A DNA stretch of 64,000 nucleotides from assembly GCA_951406725.2 (NCBI GenBank), contig OX597823.1, positions 77,624,001 to 77,688,000 on the forward strand. The letters run 5' to 3'. Within the stretch, counting starts at the first letter, position 1; each line of letters opens with the position of its first letter. A program made the translations under genes and the position numbers. The stretch is from Octopus vulgaris (taxonomy: Eukaryota). The notes under the pieces are model-generated. The model ran no database searches and was not told the origin of the DNA. It saw nothing but the letters and a program-made list of their open reading frames with translations. This document shows positions 12,123-26,536 of the stretch, piece after piece.

Positions 12123-13841
12123 TACACACACACACACACTTACACACACATGCATGCGTACATACACATATTTAATATCGACGGCACATGCTCAGTGTAT
12201 GTGTTTTGCCTGTTTGCTGTGGTATAGTGCTTTGGGGATGACTCCCTCATAGTACTGGGTGTTAACACACCTGAAAAGCATAGACAGGCAAGACAATGCA
12301 CCTCCAATCTCATTCAAAAGTGACAGATATTGTCATCTTGCCCATTTTGTGGCTTACCAACATCATGTATCTTACACACACACACAAACACACAAACACA
12401 AACACACTCATATATACATGAGTAAGCACATAAATGCAAAACAAGGTGGGAAAAATAGTACTTGAATACTGAAGGTAGAGCAATATGACTTTTAATAAAG
12501 CTTAAAACATCTTTACAGAGTTACTCTCAGAGTTTCATAGTCCATTTGTAGAACTAGTGGTTGTTCAATAGAGGCCATTTCAAGAAGTCCCATTCGACTT
12601 TTTTTATTCAGACATAATGTATCTAGAATTAAATAAACTTCATGTTGTTTTTAAAATGGTATGGTGTGATGTGAAAGAAATTTCGCTGTTATTTCAAGTA
12701 AATCAACAGACCACATAGCAACACCTTTGTTGACTTATGATAGACAATTTTGCTATCCAAAGAGAATTCTGTCTCATTAAATAGAATCTTAAGCTAAATT
12801 CTTGCTTAAAACTTTTAGATTCACAAAACAAGGCTGCACAGATATATGCATGTACAAATACACACCACACACATACATTTATGCAAGTGTGCTTGTATAG
12901 ACACTTGCATTCAAGTATACAGTTACATACCATACACACAGAAACATATATGAGCATTCAAACACTCTCATATATGCATGTATGTGTATGTATATGGTTT
13001 TCATAGATTGTCAGGTCAATAGGAAGTTAATCTGCAACCAGATTAGATTTCTGGACATAACTATTTCACTTAATTCTTTAATGCCTTTTGGAAATACATG
13101 AACATCACAATTCTAAACCCTCTCAGCCATCAATAGATCTCAGATCAATAGAGCTTATTATCCATTAAAAGATACCTCTAATCAAAACAAGTCCAGCAAT
13201 TTCCTCTATTAATTGCCCTGGAGCATGAAATAAACAATTACTCATTCATACACACACACATGTTTATACACACACATATATAAAAACGTGTGTGTGTGTG
13301 TTTATTTATTTATTTATGAATTACTGGTTGGTTCATCTTTTTCTCTGCATTAAACACTTGCATATACAGTTAAGGTGTTTACATCAATCTACATACAAAT
13401 ATCTCCATCATCAACATCACTATTATCATCATCATCATCATCATCATCATAGTTTTATTGTCCACTTGTTCCATACTTGCATAGGTCAGATGGAATTCTG
13501 TTGTGGCGAGATTTTCTTCTACAGCCAGATGCACTTCCTGTGACCAGCTTTAACCTGTTTCCAAGCTAAATAATATTTCCCTATTGCTGGACAGGCTTTC
13601 CGTTTTCACAGAAGGCAGCAAATGACAGACACTGCTTGTATCATGGTGACATTTGTTTACAACTATCATGTAATGTCAACACAAGGAAATACAACCACAC
13701 ACAGATTCCCCCTTGTTTTTCAAAAATCTCCCCTAAATCACAAAATAAGATGGGGGGAAATCTGCCCTAATTTTCAAATTCTGGCAGCAACACTGTAGCT
13801 GGAAGCAGGATAATCTAATTCTACATTTTATCACATTCAAG

Positions 13842-14177
13842 AAGCCTTGTGAGTGGATTTGGTAGATGGAAACTGACAGAAGCCCGTCGTATATATGTAT
13901 ATATATATATGAGTTTGTGTGTATATATATATATATATATGTATATGTATGTGTGTGTATGTGTAAGTTTGTGTCTGTGTTTGTCCCCACAACATTGCTT
14001 GACAACTGATGCTGGTATGTTTACATCCCTGTAACTTAGCGGTTTGGCAAAAGAGACCAATAGAATAAATACTAGGCTTACAAATAATATGTCCTGGGGT
14101 CAATTTATTGGACTAAAAAAGGCAGTGCTGCAGCATGGCCGCAGTCAAATGACTGAAACAAGTAAAAGAGTAAAGAG
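13842..14177 (+). mobile_element. SINE family A, 5'-truncated
   Basis: aagccttgtgagtggatttggtaga...cagcatggccgcagtcaaatgactgaaacaagtaaaagag. Confidence 0.9.
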
Positions 14178-14808
14178 CTGACCAGATGTATGAAATAAAC
14201 TGATATTAAAGCTTCTTAATATCTGGAAATATTTATTTGAAACACAACCAGTCCTCTTTCACTGCATTAAAATTTTATGATTGTCAATTTAATACACAAA
14301 CTTCAGTCCAAAATATGTTTTTCTGAAATAACAACCACTTTTCCTCTCTGCATTAGACTTAAGAAATAGCATTATATATACTTAAATGTGTTTATTTGTT
14401 TTTCTCTCTTTTTTTTTTTTTTTCATACCATACTATGTTAAATGAATGACTTTTATACTTCAACGTCTAACCGAATAGAATCAGTTCTGTTGATTTACTC
14501 AATGATTGAAAAACACACAGCCTACACAAATAAAATTACCGGATTTGTTTAGCATTATTGATAATAGGAATTTCTTTGTTCATTACTCTTTGGGTGGAAA
14601 TGACGTCAATTCCAGAAACAGAGAGTAATATTGGGAAGTTAATAAACTATGATGTGAATGACTACCCAGTTCCAGTCAACTTCTACGCTTGCACTACATA
14701 AAAAGCTGCAAGTCATGACAGAATTGTATTTTCTTCTATTATGCTATGATAGACATATACGCGTGTGCACACACATATACACAATCACATATACATACAC
14801 ATATATAT

Positions 14809-15037
14809 ATTTCTTTACTACCCAAAGGGGCTAAACACAGAGGGGACAAACAAGGACAGACAAACGGATTAAGTCGATTACATCAACCCCAGTGCATAAC
14901 TGGTACTTAATTTATCAACCCCGAAAAGATGAAAGGCAAAGTCAACCTCGGTGGAATTTGAACTCAGAACGTTACGGCAGATGAAATACTGCTACGCATT
15001 TTGCCAGGTGTGCTAACGTTTCTGCCAGCTCACCACC
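14809..15037 (-). mobile_element. SINE family B (Nin/Deu-like core)
   Basis: Minus strand ggtggtgagctggcagaaacgttagc...gagttcaaattcc...gactttgcctttcatc...gataaattaagtaccag, resembling the Nin-domain core. Confidence 0.9.
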
Positions 15038-15067
15038 TTTACATACACATATATATGCATATATATA

Positions 15068-15460
15068 CAGGCATGGCTGTGTTGTAAGAAGTTTGCTTTC
15101 CAGCCACATGGTTTCAAGTTCTGTTTCACTACATAGCACCTTGAGAAAGTGCCTTCTACTATAGCCCTGGGCCAACCAAAGTTTTCTGAGTGGATTTGGC
15201 AATCAAAAACTGTGTGGAAGCCTGTTTGTTTTGTTTATATGTTTTGTGTGTGTGTGTGTGTCTGAAAACTGGTGTTGGGTTGTTTATATCCCCATAACTT
15301 AGCAGTTCAGAGAAAGAAGCTAGTAAAACCAATTCTAGACTGTAAAAAAAAAAAAAAAGAAGCATTGATTCTGGGATCAATTTGTTTGAGTAAAACTCTT
15401 CAGTTTGAATCCATTTCATGGCTGAAGTTCAAAGGTCAACACACAAAAACAAGACAAAAG
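15068..15460 (+). mobile_element. SINE family A, diverged
   Basis: Head caggcatggctgtgttgtaagaagtttgc and body motifs. Confidence 0.75.
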
Positions 15461-15889
15461 ATATATAGGTATTCCACAGACAAACTTGCAAACAAGTATT
15501 TACTTGATACAATGTACTGTGATTTTGACTGTTCTTTTAGGGACTTCTGTAGATATCACCAAACATGTATGCATTCCTAACATTCCCATTCCTTCATCCA
15601 GTAGAATATTGAGGGTGTGAGAGATGGAGGGAAAAAAATTATGCATTAACACAAGGCCTGTATTCATTTTTAGGTGAATAGATTGCTGCAGCCTAAAATG
15701 AAACACATTGCTCAAGGGTCTAATGTGCTGCCAAGTCCAACAATAAAATTCTCATCAGGTTTGTAAACCTGATGCACACACCACTAAGCCATATGTTTTC
15801 ATATATATGTATGCATGCATGTAAGTATTTATCTATATACTTACACACACACACACACACACACATGTATATATATTTATACACATACT

Positions 15890-16585
15890 TCATCATCATC
15901 ATCATTGTCATTGTCGTCATCATCATTTAATATCCACTTTTCATGCTGGTATGGATTAGATAGTTTGAGTAGAACTAGTAAGCCAGAGAGCTGCACCAAA
16001 TTCCAGTCTGATTTTGGCTTGGTTTCTATGGTTTGATGCCCTTCCAAATGCCAAGAACTCTGAGAGTGTAGTGAGTGCCCTTTACGTGTCACCAACATGG
16101 GTGCTTTTACATGACACCAGCATGGATACTATTTGTGGCATTGGCCACAAATATGATTCCACTTGGTTTGACAAGTCTTCTCAAGCTTCTCCACCTCGTC
16201 CCATGTCCTCCTGGGTCTACCTCTTCCAGAGGTTACTCTCCACACACACATACAGTTCAAGATCTGCACTTATTTACACAGCTGTCCTCATCCATATGCA
16301 TCACATGACCATACCAGTTCAGTAAATTTTCTTGCACACTACATCTGATGCCTCTTATGCCCAATTTTTCTCTCAAGACACTTAGACTTTTTCATACATG
16401 CACACTGACATTGCAAATCCAGTGAAGCATACAAGATTCATTTCTTTCAAGCCGTCACATGTCCTCTGCAGTCACAGCCCATGTTTTACTGCCACATAGC
16501 ATGGCTATTTGCACGCAGACATCTGAGGGAGAGGCCCTTTGTTGCCAACAAAGGTAGAAGCTCTTTGAACTTTGCCCAGTCTAGC
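15890..16585 (-). mobile_element. 5'-truncated RTE-clade LINE (ORF C-terminus, 3'UTR, (GAT)n tail)
   Basis: Translates WAKFKELLPLL...RLERNE..ML.WICNV...LREKLGIRGI...WYGHVMHMDED...RGRPRRTWDEV, with stops and frameshifts. Confidence 0.85.
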
Positions 16586-16599
16586 ATATATATATATGC

Positions 16600-16631
<32 letters not shown>

Positions 16632-16944
16632 AAAATAATATAACATTACTGCTGATCTGGATAAACAGTTTTTAATTTGACTTAATTTAATCACATATCA
16701 CAGTTATATAATTATACATTTCATGTTGTTTATCTTAATGAAACGGATGTTGAGCACAATTAAATTATGTAATACATGTGAAAATTATGCTTTTCTGCAA
16801 AATATGTCTGAAAGAACATTTTAGCTGATTAGGTGTACATACATACATACATACACACATACACACATACATACATACATACATACATACATGCATTTAT
16901 TACACACATATACATAACTATATTATGTCTTTATACACTAATAT

Positions 16945-17350
16945 CTCTCTCTTTACTCTTTACTCTTTTACTTGTTTCAGTCATTTTGACTGCGGCCATG
17001 CTGGAGCACCGCCTTTAATCGAGCAACCCGACCCCGGGACTTATTCTTTTGTAAGCCCAGTACTTATTCTATCGGTTTCTTTTTGCCGAACCGCTAAGTA
17101 ATGGGGACATAAACACACCAGCATTGGTTGTCAAACAATGCTAGGGGGACACACACAGACACACGCATATATATATATACATATATACGACGGGCTTCTT
17201 TCAGTTTCCGTCTACCAAATCCACTCACAAGGCTTTGGTCGGCCCGAGGCTATAGTAGAAGACACTTGCCCAAGATGCCACGCAGTGGGACTGAACCTGG
17301 AACCATGTGGTTGGTTAGCAAGCTACTTACCACACAGCCACTCCTGCGCC
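16945..17350 (-). mobile_element. SINE family A, full-length, young, long TSD
   Basis: Near-identical to 40740-41150; direct repeat ttatgtctttatacactaatat at 16923-16944 and 17355-17376. Confidence 0.95.
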
Positions 17351-17888
17351 TATGTTATGTCTTTATACACTAATATATATATATATATATATATATAATA
17401 CATATGCATGTGAATACATCACTATATATGTTTATATATACATATACATGTGTGTGTGTGTGTGTTTGTGTAAGTGATTGTATATAAGTTTACTGAAAGT
17501 AATGTTGAGTTACTCTTCTTATATCATTTTGCTGTCTTGATCTGTATTTATGGCAATTTATACAAGTATGTGACAGGTATTAGCATGCATGTGTGTCTGT
17601 CTTTGTAAACACTACTATATGTCAGTTTACATTCATGCATATATGTGCTCAGTGCTTGTATATAAGTGTGTGTGTGTGTGTGTGTGTAGATAACCAACAG
17701 ACCAGAATGTTGCCATGATCTTAAATGCCAGCTATAAACAAGCCATTACACAGACAAGGATTCAAGTTTACACTTGTAATAGTTATATCGTCTCATCTGA
17801 TGATTGCCCAACAGCAAGGAAGTAACTATAAATCTGATACTACTTATATATACATATATATATATATATATATACATATATATATCAT

Positions 17889-17930
<42 letters not shown>

Positions 17931-18145
17931 ATATATATATCATCATATATATCATCATATATATATATATATATATGTTTGTGAGTCTGTGTTTATTCCC
18001 ACCACCATCACTTGACAACTAATGTTTCTGTAACTTAGCAACTTGCCAAAAGAGTTTGATAGAATAAGTACTAGGCTTACAAAGAATAAGTCCTGGGATC
18101 AATTTGTTCAATGAAAGGCAATGCTCCAGCATGGCTGAAACAAAA

Positions 18146-18180
<35 letters not shown>

Positions 18181-18449
18181 GCACACGCATACATATTTAT
18201 ATATCAATGCACACATAGGTACATGTATGCTTGTGTGCATGTGTGCATGTACGTGTGTGTGAGTGTGTGTGTTGGAGAGTGAGTAAGAGTAGAAATAAGG
18301 ATAGAAATAAATGCAGTGAATGGGGAACATGGGTGAAGGTGGGGACAAAGGTTAATCTCAGTAAAGAAAATTGGAATGGGACAAGGAGGAGGAGGTGGAA
18401 TGTGGCCATACATAAAATGAGAGGGGAGAGCAACAGCAGAAATGCAGAT

Positions 18450-18469
18450 AGTTAGAGAGACTGACAGAA

Positions 18470-18504
<35 letters not shown>

Positions 18505-18785
18505 AAAATAGACTGAGATGGACAAATAGTTTAGATACAATGAGGTAGATAGATAAATAGACAGATTGACAGACAGACAGATGGATGGATTGGTTGATAG
18601 ACAGATAGACAGACAGATAGATAGATAGACAGACAGACATTTCTTTAAAGATGGATGGATGGATGGATGGATAGATAGATGGATGGATGGATTGGTGAAT
18701 AGACAGACAGACATATAAATTAACAGATAGGTAGACAGATAGATAGATAGATAGATAGTTAGATAGATAGATAGATAGATAGATT
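18450..18785. repeat. Compound (GA)n/(GATA)n/(GACA)n/(GGAT)n microsatellite
   Basis: Direct reading. Confidence 0.95.
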
Positions 18786-19112
18786 AATATATATGCACGC
18801 ATACACATATAACCTAATTTACTTAGATTAAAATACTCTTCTCCACAGCTATCCACTTGAATGGATGATCAAATTGTATCAAAAATATCTTTTTATTTTT
18901 TCTAAACAAGTCCTAACATTTTTCACAATTATTTTTAGAACCTTATAAATTTTTCTGAACTATTTTTATTCATTTTCAATTCATCAATTTACTATTCAAT
19001 ACTTGAATAAAATTGTAGATGATTTTCTTTTTACAATTTTCACTTTCATTTTATTTGGAGTTGTGTTAATATAGGCAGGCATTAATATGTTTGTATGTGA
19101 TGTGTGTTTATA

Positions 19113-19157
<45 letters not shown>

Positions 19158-19361
19158 GTACACACACATACAGACGTATGCAATCGCAGTACATGTATGC
19201 AAACACAATGGTACATAAGAGCATTTATGCATACATACATATATATATATATATACATATATATACATATATATATATATAGATTATATATACATAATAT
19301 ATATATAGATATATATATACATAATATATAATTACACATAATATATAGATATATATACATG

Positions 19362-19402
<41 letters not shown>

Positions 19403-20149
19403 TTATATATATAGATATATATACATAATATATATATATAGATATAGATATATATAATATATGTATGTATATATGTACACAAACACACACATATATATAT
19501 ATACACGCACAGACCTGTTGATACATTCATACATATGCACATATATATATATATGCACATATATATATATGCACATATATGTATATATATGCATATGATT
19601 GTGTGTCTGTGTTTGTCCCACAATATTGAACACACACATAATGTATGTGTTTTGTCAGATCATGGGCAGGCTTCAATTACAAACATAAGAGAATATATTC
19701 TCAGCAATTCACCAGGTGAATGGTAGACAATATACTTGATATTGTGTTCAATATTGTTTATTTCCCTTGAGCTGCTTCTCATTCATAGAAAGCTATATAT
19801 AAGAATTTACATAAAATAAAAAAGTGTGCTCAACGTAAATATAAAGTCAAGTATATATATATATATGTTGGTATACATTGTATACCAGTGTATATATTTA
19901 ACATGTTGGTAATATTGTACCATCTTTTTAATTGCCTAAGGCATGAGAAATGTGTGTGCGTATATGTGTGCATGCGTGTGTGTGTGTGTTTCAAGGCATG
20001 ATGAGACTTACCCACAGCCAGACATGTTTTGATGGCACATTGGAAATAATGACAACACTTGTGAGATAGTGACACAAACACACTTACATGTATGTTGCAC
20101 ACACTCTTATGCACATGCATAAAGATACACGCACTCAAGGATATACATA

Positions 20150-20648
20150 TTAATTATTATTCTTTTGTAACACAGTGTAGGTAAAAATGTACTGGAGTCT
20201 TTAGTCATTTGTCAAGTCACAACAAGGACCTCAGACAGATAATACCTTCCTTGAGATGTGTACTGTGCACAATAAGGCTACTTTTTGCAAGACATCAATC
20301 TTGCCTGGGATTTCCAGTTACCTTAAGAAATTTTGAAGTTTCAATGGGATTGAGCCCAGCGCTCCGATCACCACTGGTATCACTTTTACATTACCCTCTC
20401 GTATTACATACAGTCTTGCCATTTCCACTTTCAATTCGGAGTACTTGGTGATTTTTTCAGCCTCTTTATTCACAACATTCATGTCATTTGGTATGGCTAC
20501 ATCAATGATCTGAAAGTATTTGACTCTCTTATTCAATATGACAATATCCAGCCAACAGTGTCCGATTACACGATCCGTCCCAGAGTATCATTACTTTTCC
20601 ATCCTCCTGCATAACTTTACTTGGTACATGCTCATACCAGTTCTCTGT
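20150..20648 (-). mobile_element. R4/Dong-like non-LTR 3' fragment (RLE endonuclease region plus 3'UTR)
   Basis: TDRVIGH..LDIVILNKRVKYFQIIDVAIPND...KEAEKITKYSELKVEMARL...VIPVVIGALGSIP; ends toward a taa-type tail. Confidence 0.85.
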
Positions 20649-20742
20649 TACTTTATATTGGTATTTACAGCATAAGAGCCAATGAAGATACACACATACT
20701 TTATTGTGGCAGCGCTTGTATTCTTTTTGTGCAAGGCTATTA

Positions 20743-20773
<31 letters not shown>

Positions 20774-20795
20774 TATTATTATTGTTATTATTATA

Positions 20796-20849
<54 letters not shown>

Positions 20850-21310
20850 TTCATTATTCTTGATAAAAACCAGGTAGTTATAATCTGGGATAGTTATTTA
20901 TTTAGCACTTTCATCTCATTCATTTCGTCTGATGATTCTCCCAAACAAATACTAAATAACAAATTACCTAAATACTAAATAAGAAATTATCCGAAATTTT
21001 TACTATCTCCTTTTTCTTAATATATTAAATCCGTACACCACTTCAGACAATCTGTACATCTAGATACAATGATCTTCTTTCAGTTTGTCAACAAAATGCA
21101 CTTGCAAAGCATTTGTTGACCAAGGACTATGTTGATAACACATGTCCAAAGTGGTTTTTCAGTGGGACTGAACTTGGAACCACATTTTTGCAAAGAAAGT
21201 TTCTTAACCACACAACCATCATATATCATATATCATTTGTGTGTGTGTACTTGTGTGCACGAGTGTGAGTGTGTATGTATCATATCTATATGTATGTATA
21301 TATATTATAT

Positions 21311-21342
<32 letters not shown>

Positions 21343-21349
21343 CAATTTA

Positions 21350-21388
<39 letters not shown>

Positions 21389-21611
21389 CATTTATGTATA
21401 TATGTATCATCTCATTTCATATCTATAACCATATATATATCAATTTATATATATATATGTATGTATATATATATATATCGTGTGTGTGTGTGTTTTGCCT
21501 TAGGTTATAACCACTAAAACCAAATGTAAAAATAAAAAAATAAATGGAAAGAAATGTAGCCAAAGTGAAAATGAAAACAAAAACATAGACAAAACGCGAT
21601 TGTATACTTAC

Positions 21612-21745
21612 CTTATAATCTTGGCACATAGTAAGTGTAACATAGAATAGTAGTATAGTGCCACAGGCTTCTAATCAGCGCATTACAAACTATTGATGGT
21701 GCTTAGGTAGTTTTATTGAAAATCCATTATTGCCAAACCTAAGAT
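21612..21745 (-). other. Candidate 134-nt exon (5'UTR/start exon MCQDYK, or lncRNA exon)
   Basis: Minus-strand acceptor ctttctttgtctcAG and perfect donor AAG|GTAAGT; stops in all three frames; actATG 18 nt before the donor. Confidence 0.4.
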
Positions 21746-22273
21746 CTGAGACAAAGAAAGTTTATTGGGAAATATAACTCTTTGTAGATCAGTAATAAAA
21801 GATTGGTAGCTATTTAACCATATGAAATAGGCTTTTGTAAGCAAGCCATCCATACAGAGTTAATATAATAATATTGCTATTGGAGTACCACTTCTGAATT
21901 TTCTGTTTTCCATTTCCAATCCAAAATAGAAATTATTCTTATCGTTATTCTTTCTTTCAATGTGTGCATATTAACTATTATCACCAAGTTCATTTCAGTT
22001 GCCTCCATTCAGCCAAAATGTGAATATCTGAATAAATGTGAAAATATTTAGGTCTACTTCATTATATATATATATATATACATTCATACAGACATATAGA
22101 TTACATACATACATGCATACAGACATTCATAAACACATATGTATGTATGTATGTATGTATGTATATATATATGTATATATATATATATATAAATAAAGAT
22201 ATATGTATATACATATATATATATGTATATATGTATATATATATGTGTATATATAAATATATATATACATATG

Positions 22274-22363
<90 letters not shown>

Positions 22364-22684
22364 GTATGTATGTATGTATTATGTATTGTTGTAGAAGTGG
22401 CATGAGTGAGTGTATAATTTTGCCAAGTAATGTCTTATAGGTCTTAGGTTCAAATAAATTGCAGACATTTATTTTATCGTCTGTTTGGATAAGATAATAA
22501 TTTCTCTTTTATTTAGTCTCCATTTTCTGTTGAATTAAGTAGATGAGATATAAATCTTCCCTTTGGCAAAGACATCAGTCCCCTCACAGGTAATCTCTCA
22601 TGTAGATAAGTGGGATTTGAAATCAGCACTTCAAGCCAATAACATGCATAGTTTCTCATAGTCACTTCCAGATATTACATAGAA

Positions 22685-23190
22685 TGCAGGTATAGCTGTG
22701 TGGTTAAGATACTTCTCTTCACAACCACATGGTTTTGGGTTCAGTTCCACTGCATGCCCCTGGGGGCAAATGACATTTATTATAGCCCTGGGCCAACCAA
22801 TGTTTTGTAGGTGAATTTATTTGGTTGGCAGACATGTTAGCACACCGGGTGAAATGTGTAGCTGTAATTCATCTGCCGTTACGTTCTGAGTTCAAATTCC
22901 GCCGAGGTTGACTTTGTCTTTCATCCTTTCGGGATTGATAAATTAAGTACCAGTTATGCACTGGGGTCGATGTAATCGACTTAATCTGTTTGTCCTTGTT
23001 TGTCCTCTCTGTGTTTAGCCCCTTGTGGGTAGTAAAGAAATAGGGTGTAAACAGCACAGAATCCCATCATGTTTGTGTCTATGCATGTTTTTCTTAGTAT
23101 TTGTGTTTGTCCATTTTCCTACTGATTCGCAACTGGTGTTGGTTTGTTTACATCCTCATAACTTAGCTGTTTGGCAAAAGATACTGTAGT
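22685..23190 (+). mobile_element. SINE family A interrupted by a family B SINE (22826-23043)
   Basis: Family A head, then a family B body, then the remainder of family A. Confidence 0.8.
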
Positions 23191-23649
23191 TGAATATATA
23201 GTCAGTACGAGGTTTGACGTGGTTGCACGCATGTTATTACATGAGTTCATATAGGGCTGAAAGAATAAATCCAAGATCTATATATTTACTACATAAAAAT
23301 ATTTTTTATTCTTCTTTTGATGGTGATGATGATACATGGAATCGAATTGTAGAAGTTAGTTGAATGAAGTAATCTATGCAAGAAAGTTCAGAGATAGAAA
23401 ATGTAGAATAACAGCTGAGTGAAAGTTTTCAGTTAATGCTGTTATAGGGCATAAGAAACAGATATACATAGCAACTACATGAATGGCTCTAAGTCTAATT
23501 GACTAAGGAGCAAAAAGATGGGTTAGCAAGCTGCTTTTATAAAGGGAACACTACACCACTACAATACTAACTGACTGATAGAATAAGTAGAAGACTGAAA
23601 TCAGGTACTGGGGTCAATTTGATCGACAAACCCGACGAGGCAGTGTTCT

Positions 23650-23944
23650 TATTTCTTTATTGCCCACAAGGGGCTAAACATAGAGGGGACAAACAAAGGC
23701 AGATAAAGGGATTAAGTCGATTACATCGACCCCAGTGCGTAACTGGTACTTAATTTATCGACCCCAAAAGGATGAAAGGCAAAGTCGATCTTGGAGGAAT
23801 TTGAACTCAGAACATAGCGGCAGACGAAATACCGCTAAGCATTTCGCCTGGCGCGCTAACGTTTCTGCCAGCTCACAACCTTAAGATGGACGAAATACTG
23901 CTAAGCATTTCGCCCAGCATGCTAACATTTCTTCCAGTTCACCA
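23650..23944 (-). mobile_element. SINE family B with duplicated head, nested in a family A tail
   Basis: Perfect 15-bp TSD acgaggcagtgttct at 23635-23649 and 23945-23959. Confidence 0.92.
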
Positions 23945-24562
23945 ACGAGGCAGTGTTCTAGCATGGCCACAGTTTAATGACTGAAAGAGGTAAAAGTGTT
24001 GACCCCAACTCGGACATTGATGGGTAACAGTGCTGACCAACCACGGACAAGCTATTGACCTCTCAGTTGGTTATTAAGTACTCTGTCATTTCCGTGATAT
24101 TCTCTCTACATTTCTTGGTAGAACACTTTATTCTGCCTACCTCTCTTCTGCTACAACCAGAAGCTAATACCAGTTTGTTTCAAGAACTTTCTTAGGCTTC
24201 ATACCTACCTACAGAAATCAAGAGAAAATAACGAGAGCAATTTAATTTCTTTTTTATTTTCTGTTATATATTTTTTATTTCTGTGGATACAGCTTTCACA
24301 TGATGACCATGGAAGAGAAATAAGATAATTGACCAATGGGAACTGAGAATTTCCTCAAAGGAATTAGAGACTTAAATGAAATGAAATGGCTTTTAAATGA
24401 GATCATGAACCTAGCTCACCAGTAGCTTGATACTATTAAATACTGCTTATTATAGATGGTAAAAATATTTCATCATTTGGCTATGGTATCTATGTCTGTC
24501 TGTCCGCCTGTCCATCTGTCTGTCTGTCTATCTATCCAGATGGATAAAGGTGTGTGTGTATG

Positions 24563-24626
<64 letters not shown>

Positions 24627-24875
24627 AGTATGTATTGGGAAAGCACATGGCTTAGTAGTTAGGATGTTGCACTCATGATTGCAAGATTGTGGGTTCAATT
24701 CCCAAACTTGGCATTACATTGTGTTCTTGAGCAAAACTTTTGGATTTGCAATATAAGCCTATACACGCTTAGGAAGTTGAAGTCGTGATGGCAACAAACT
24801 CAAAGGCTGCCCGAATCAGCACACATTCTAGCTATGCCACTGCATCATGTTACACTCTGTATCATGTTACACACT

Positions 24876-25113
24876 GTGGAGGTTCATGGCTTAGTGGTTA
24901 GGGTGTTGAACTCATGATCGTATGGTTGTGGTTTCGATTCCTGGACCGAGTGATGCGTTGTGTTCTTGAGCAAAACACTTCATTTGACGTTGCTCCAGTC
25001 CACTCTGCTGGCAAAAATGAGTAATCCTGCGACGGACCAGCCAGGTGGGGAATTTCTACACCACTGAAACTGGGAAACCAGCCCTTATGAGTCTGGCATG
25101 GCTCGAGAAGGAA

Positions 25114-25162
<49 letters not shown>
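24876..25162 (+). mobile_element. SINE family D, full-length with (TTA)n tail
   Basis: A box tggcttagtggttagg, B box ggtttcgattcc; TSD atgttacacactgtg at 24864-24878 and 25163-25177; partial copies at 24636-24740 and 58360-58490. Confidence 0.9.
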
Positions 25163-25164
<2 letters not shown>

Positions 25165-26536
25165 GTTACACACTGTGTCATGCAGAGTCTTTGTGAGGAT
25201 TCCATTAATAATACATATGACTGTGGAATATTCATCCACTTCTATGTTGATTCAATATACAGGGAGTTTAGTCATCAAAGAGATGAAGACTCGTCATTGA
25301 AAACTAACAGAAATCAGTTTACTTTTCCTTAGCATGTTGAGATGATGTTCAATGAAGAATATAAATGGAATGGTAGAAAAATGTAATCAAAGCCAAAAGC
25401 AACAGAGAAAGCATCTAAGAAAGGTTACCTTTGATGATGTACATTTAAAAGTAACTTCTCAGATATTAGCATAAAGACATATATATATAGTTTAAACAAG
25501 TGGTAGAGTTGACTTGTTCATATTATAATCTCTTTTATGTTTTGACATGAAAGGCATTAAAAAAAAAATGACAATGCCAATAGAATATGGATTCCTAATG
25601 CAGTAAAATGCAGCAAAATATTTAGTTCACTGCTATAGCACATCACCTACCTTACAACCAGCATCCAGGAAGAAGAGCTTCTTCAGTTATTAAGTTCTGA
25701 TAAATCATCATCGCTGTTGTTTACCTTTGTTCATTGATCATTTCTGATCAAGTAAACTTATAATCAAAGGTGTTCCATTTATGGCCATTCCATCTTATTT
25801 TGCACTAATGTACTCTGGACTACATTCTCCAATATGAACTTTGGTTTTTAAAAGTGATAGGATATGGTGTCTGACAAATTCGATGAGTATATTTCATACA
25901 ACAAGCTACCACCTGCAATCTTCCTTGTTGGTTTTTTTTTCCCTCTGATTTTCAGGTTGTGCAGACCTTTTAGAGATTGCAGGTGAATCATATATCTTTT
26001 AATTCATCTATTCTTTTACTTTTTTTTCCATTACCTGATTGCAACCATGCTGAGGTATTGTCTTGAAGGATTTATTCAATCAAATGAACCTCAGTATTTA
26101 TTTTATGCCCGGTATTTATTTTATCAAACCACTCTCATTTATCAAACCACTAAGTTACTTGGATGTAAACAAATCAACAGTGGCTGCCAAACAGTGAGAA
26201 ACAAACACACTCATGAACACACACACATTTATACATGTGAATGTATATGACAGGATTTGGCTGAGTTCCAGTCTATCATCATCATCATCTTATATAATTC
26301 AAAGGACATTGATAAGTCTAGGACTATAGGGCAAAATCTTACTTGTCCAAGGTGCCATGCAGTGGAACTGAACCTGAAACATGATTCTGTGAAGCCACCT
26401 TCTTGCCCTTACAACCACGTCTATTCCTGTAATACCTTTAATCTTTTACTTGCCATACTGGGGCACCTCCTCAAAGAGTTTAGTCAAACTAATCAACCAC
26501 ATTATTTATCTTTAAGTCTAGTATTTATTTTATTAG

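Noticed and set aside
14534-14701. 55-codon open frame with a TM-like stretch (ICLALLIIGISLFITLWV)
   Set aside because: No upstream ATG, weak acceptor and no recognisable homology.
17128-17398. Recurrent ORFs such as DGLLSVSVYQIHSQGFGRPEAIVEDTCPRCH
   Set aside because: Antisense translations of SINE family A, not a gene family.
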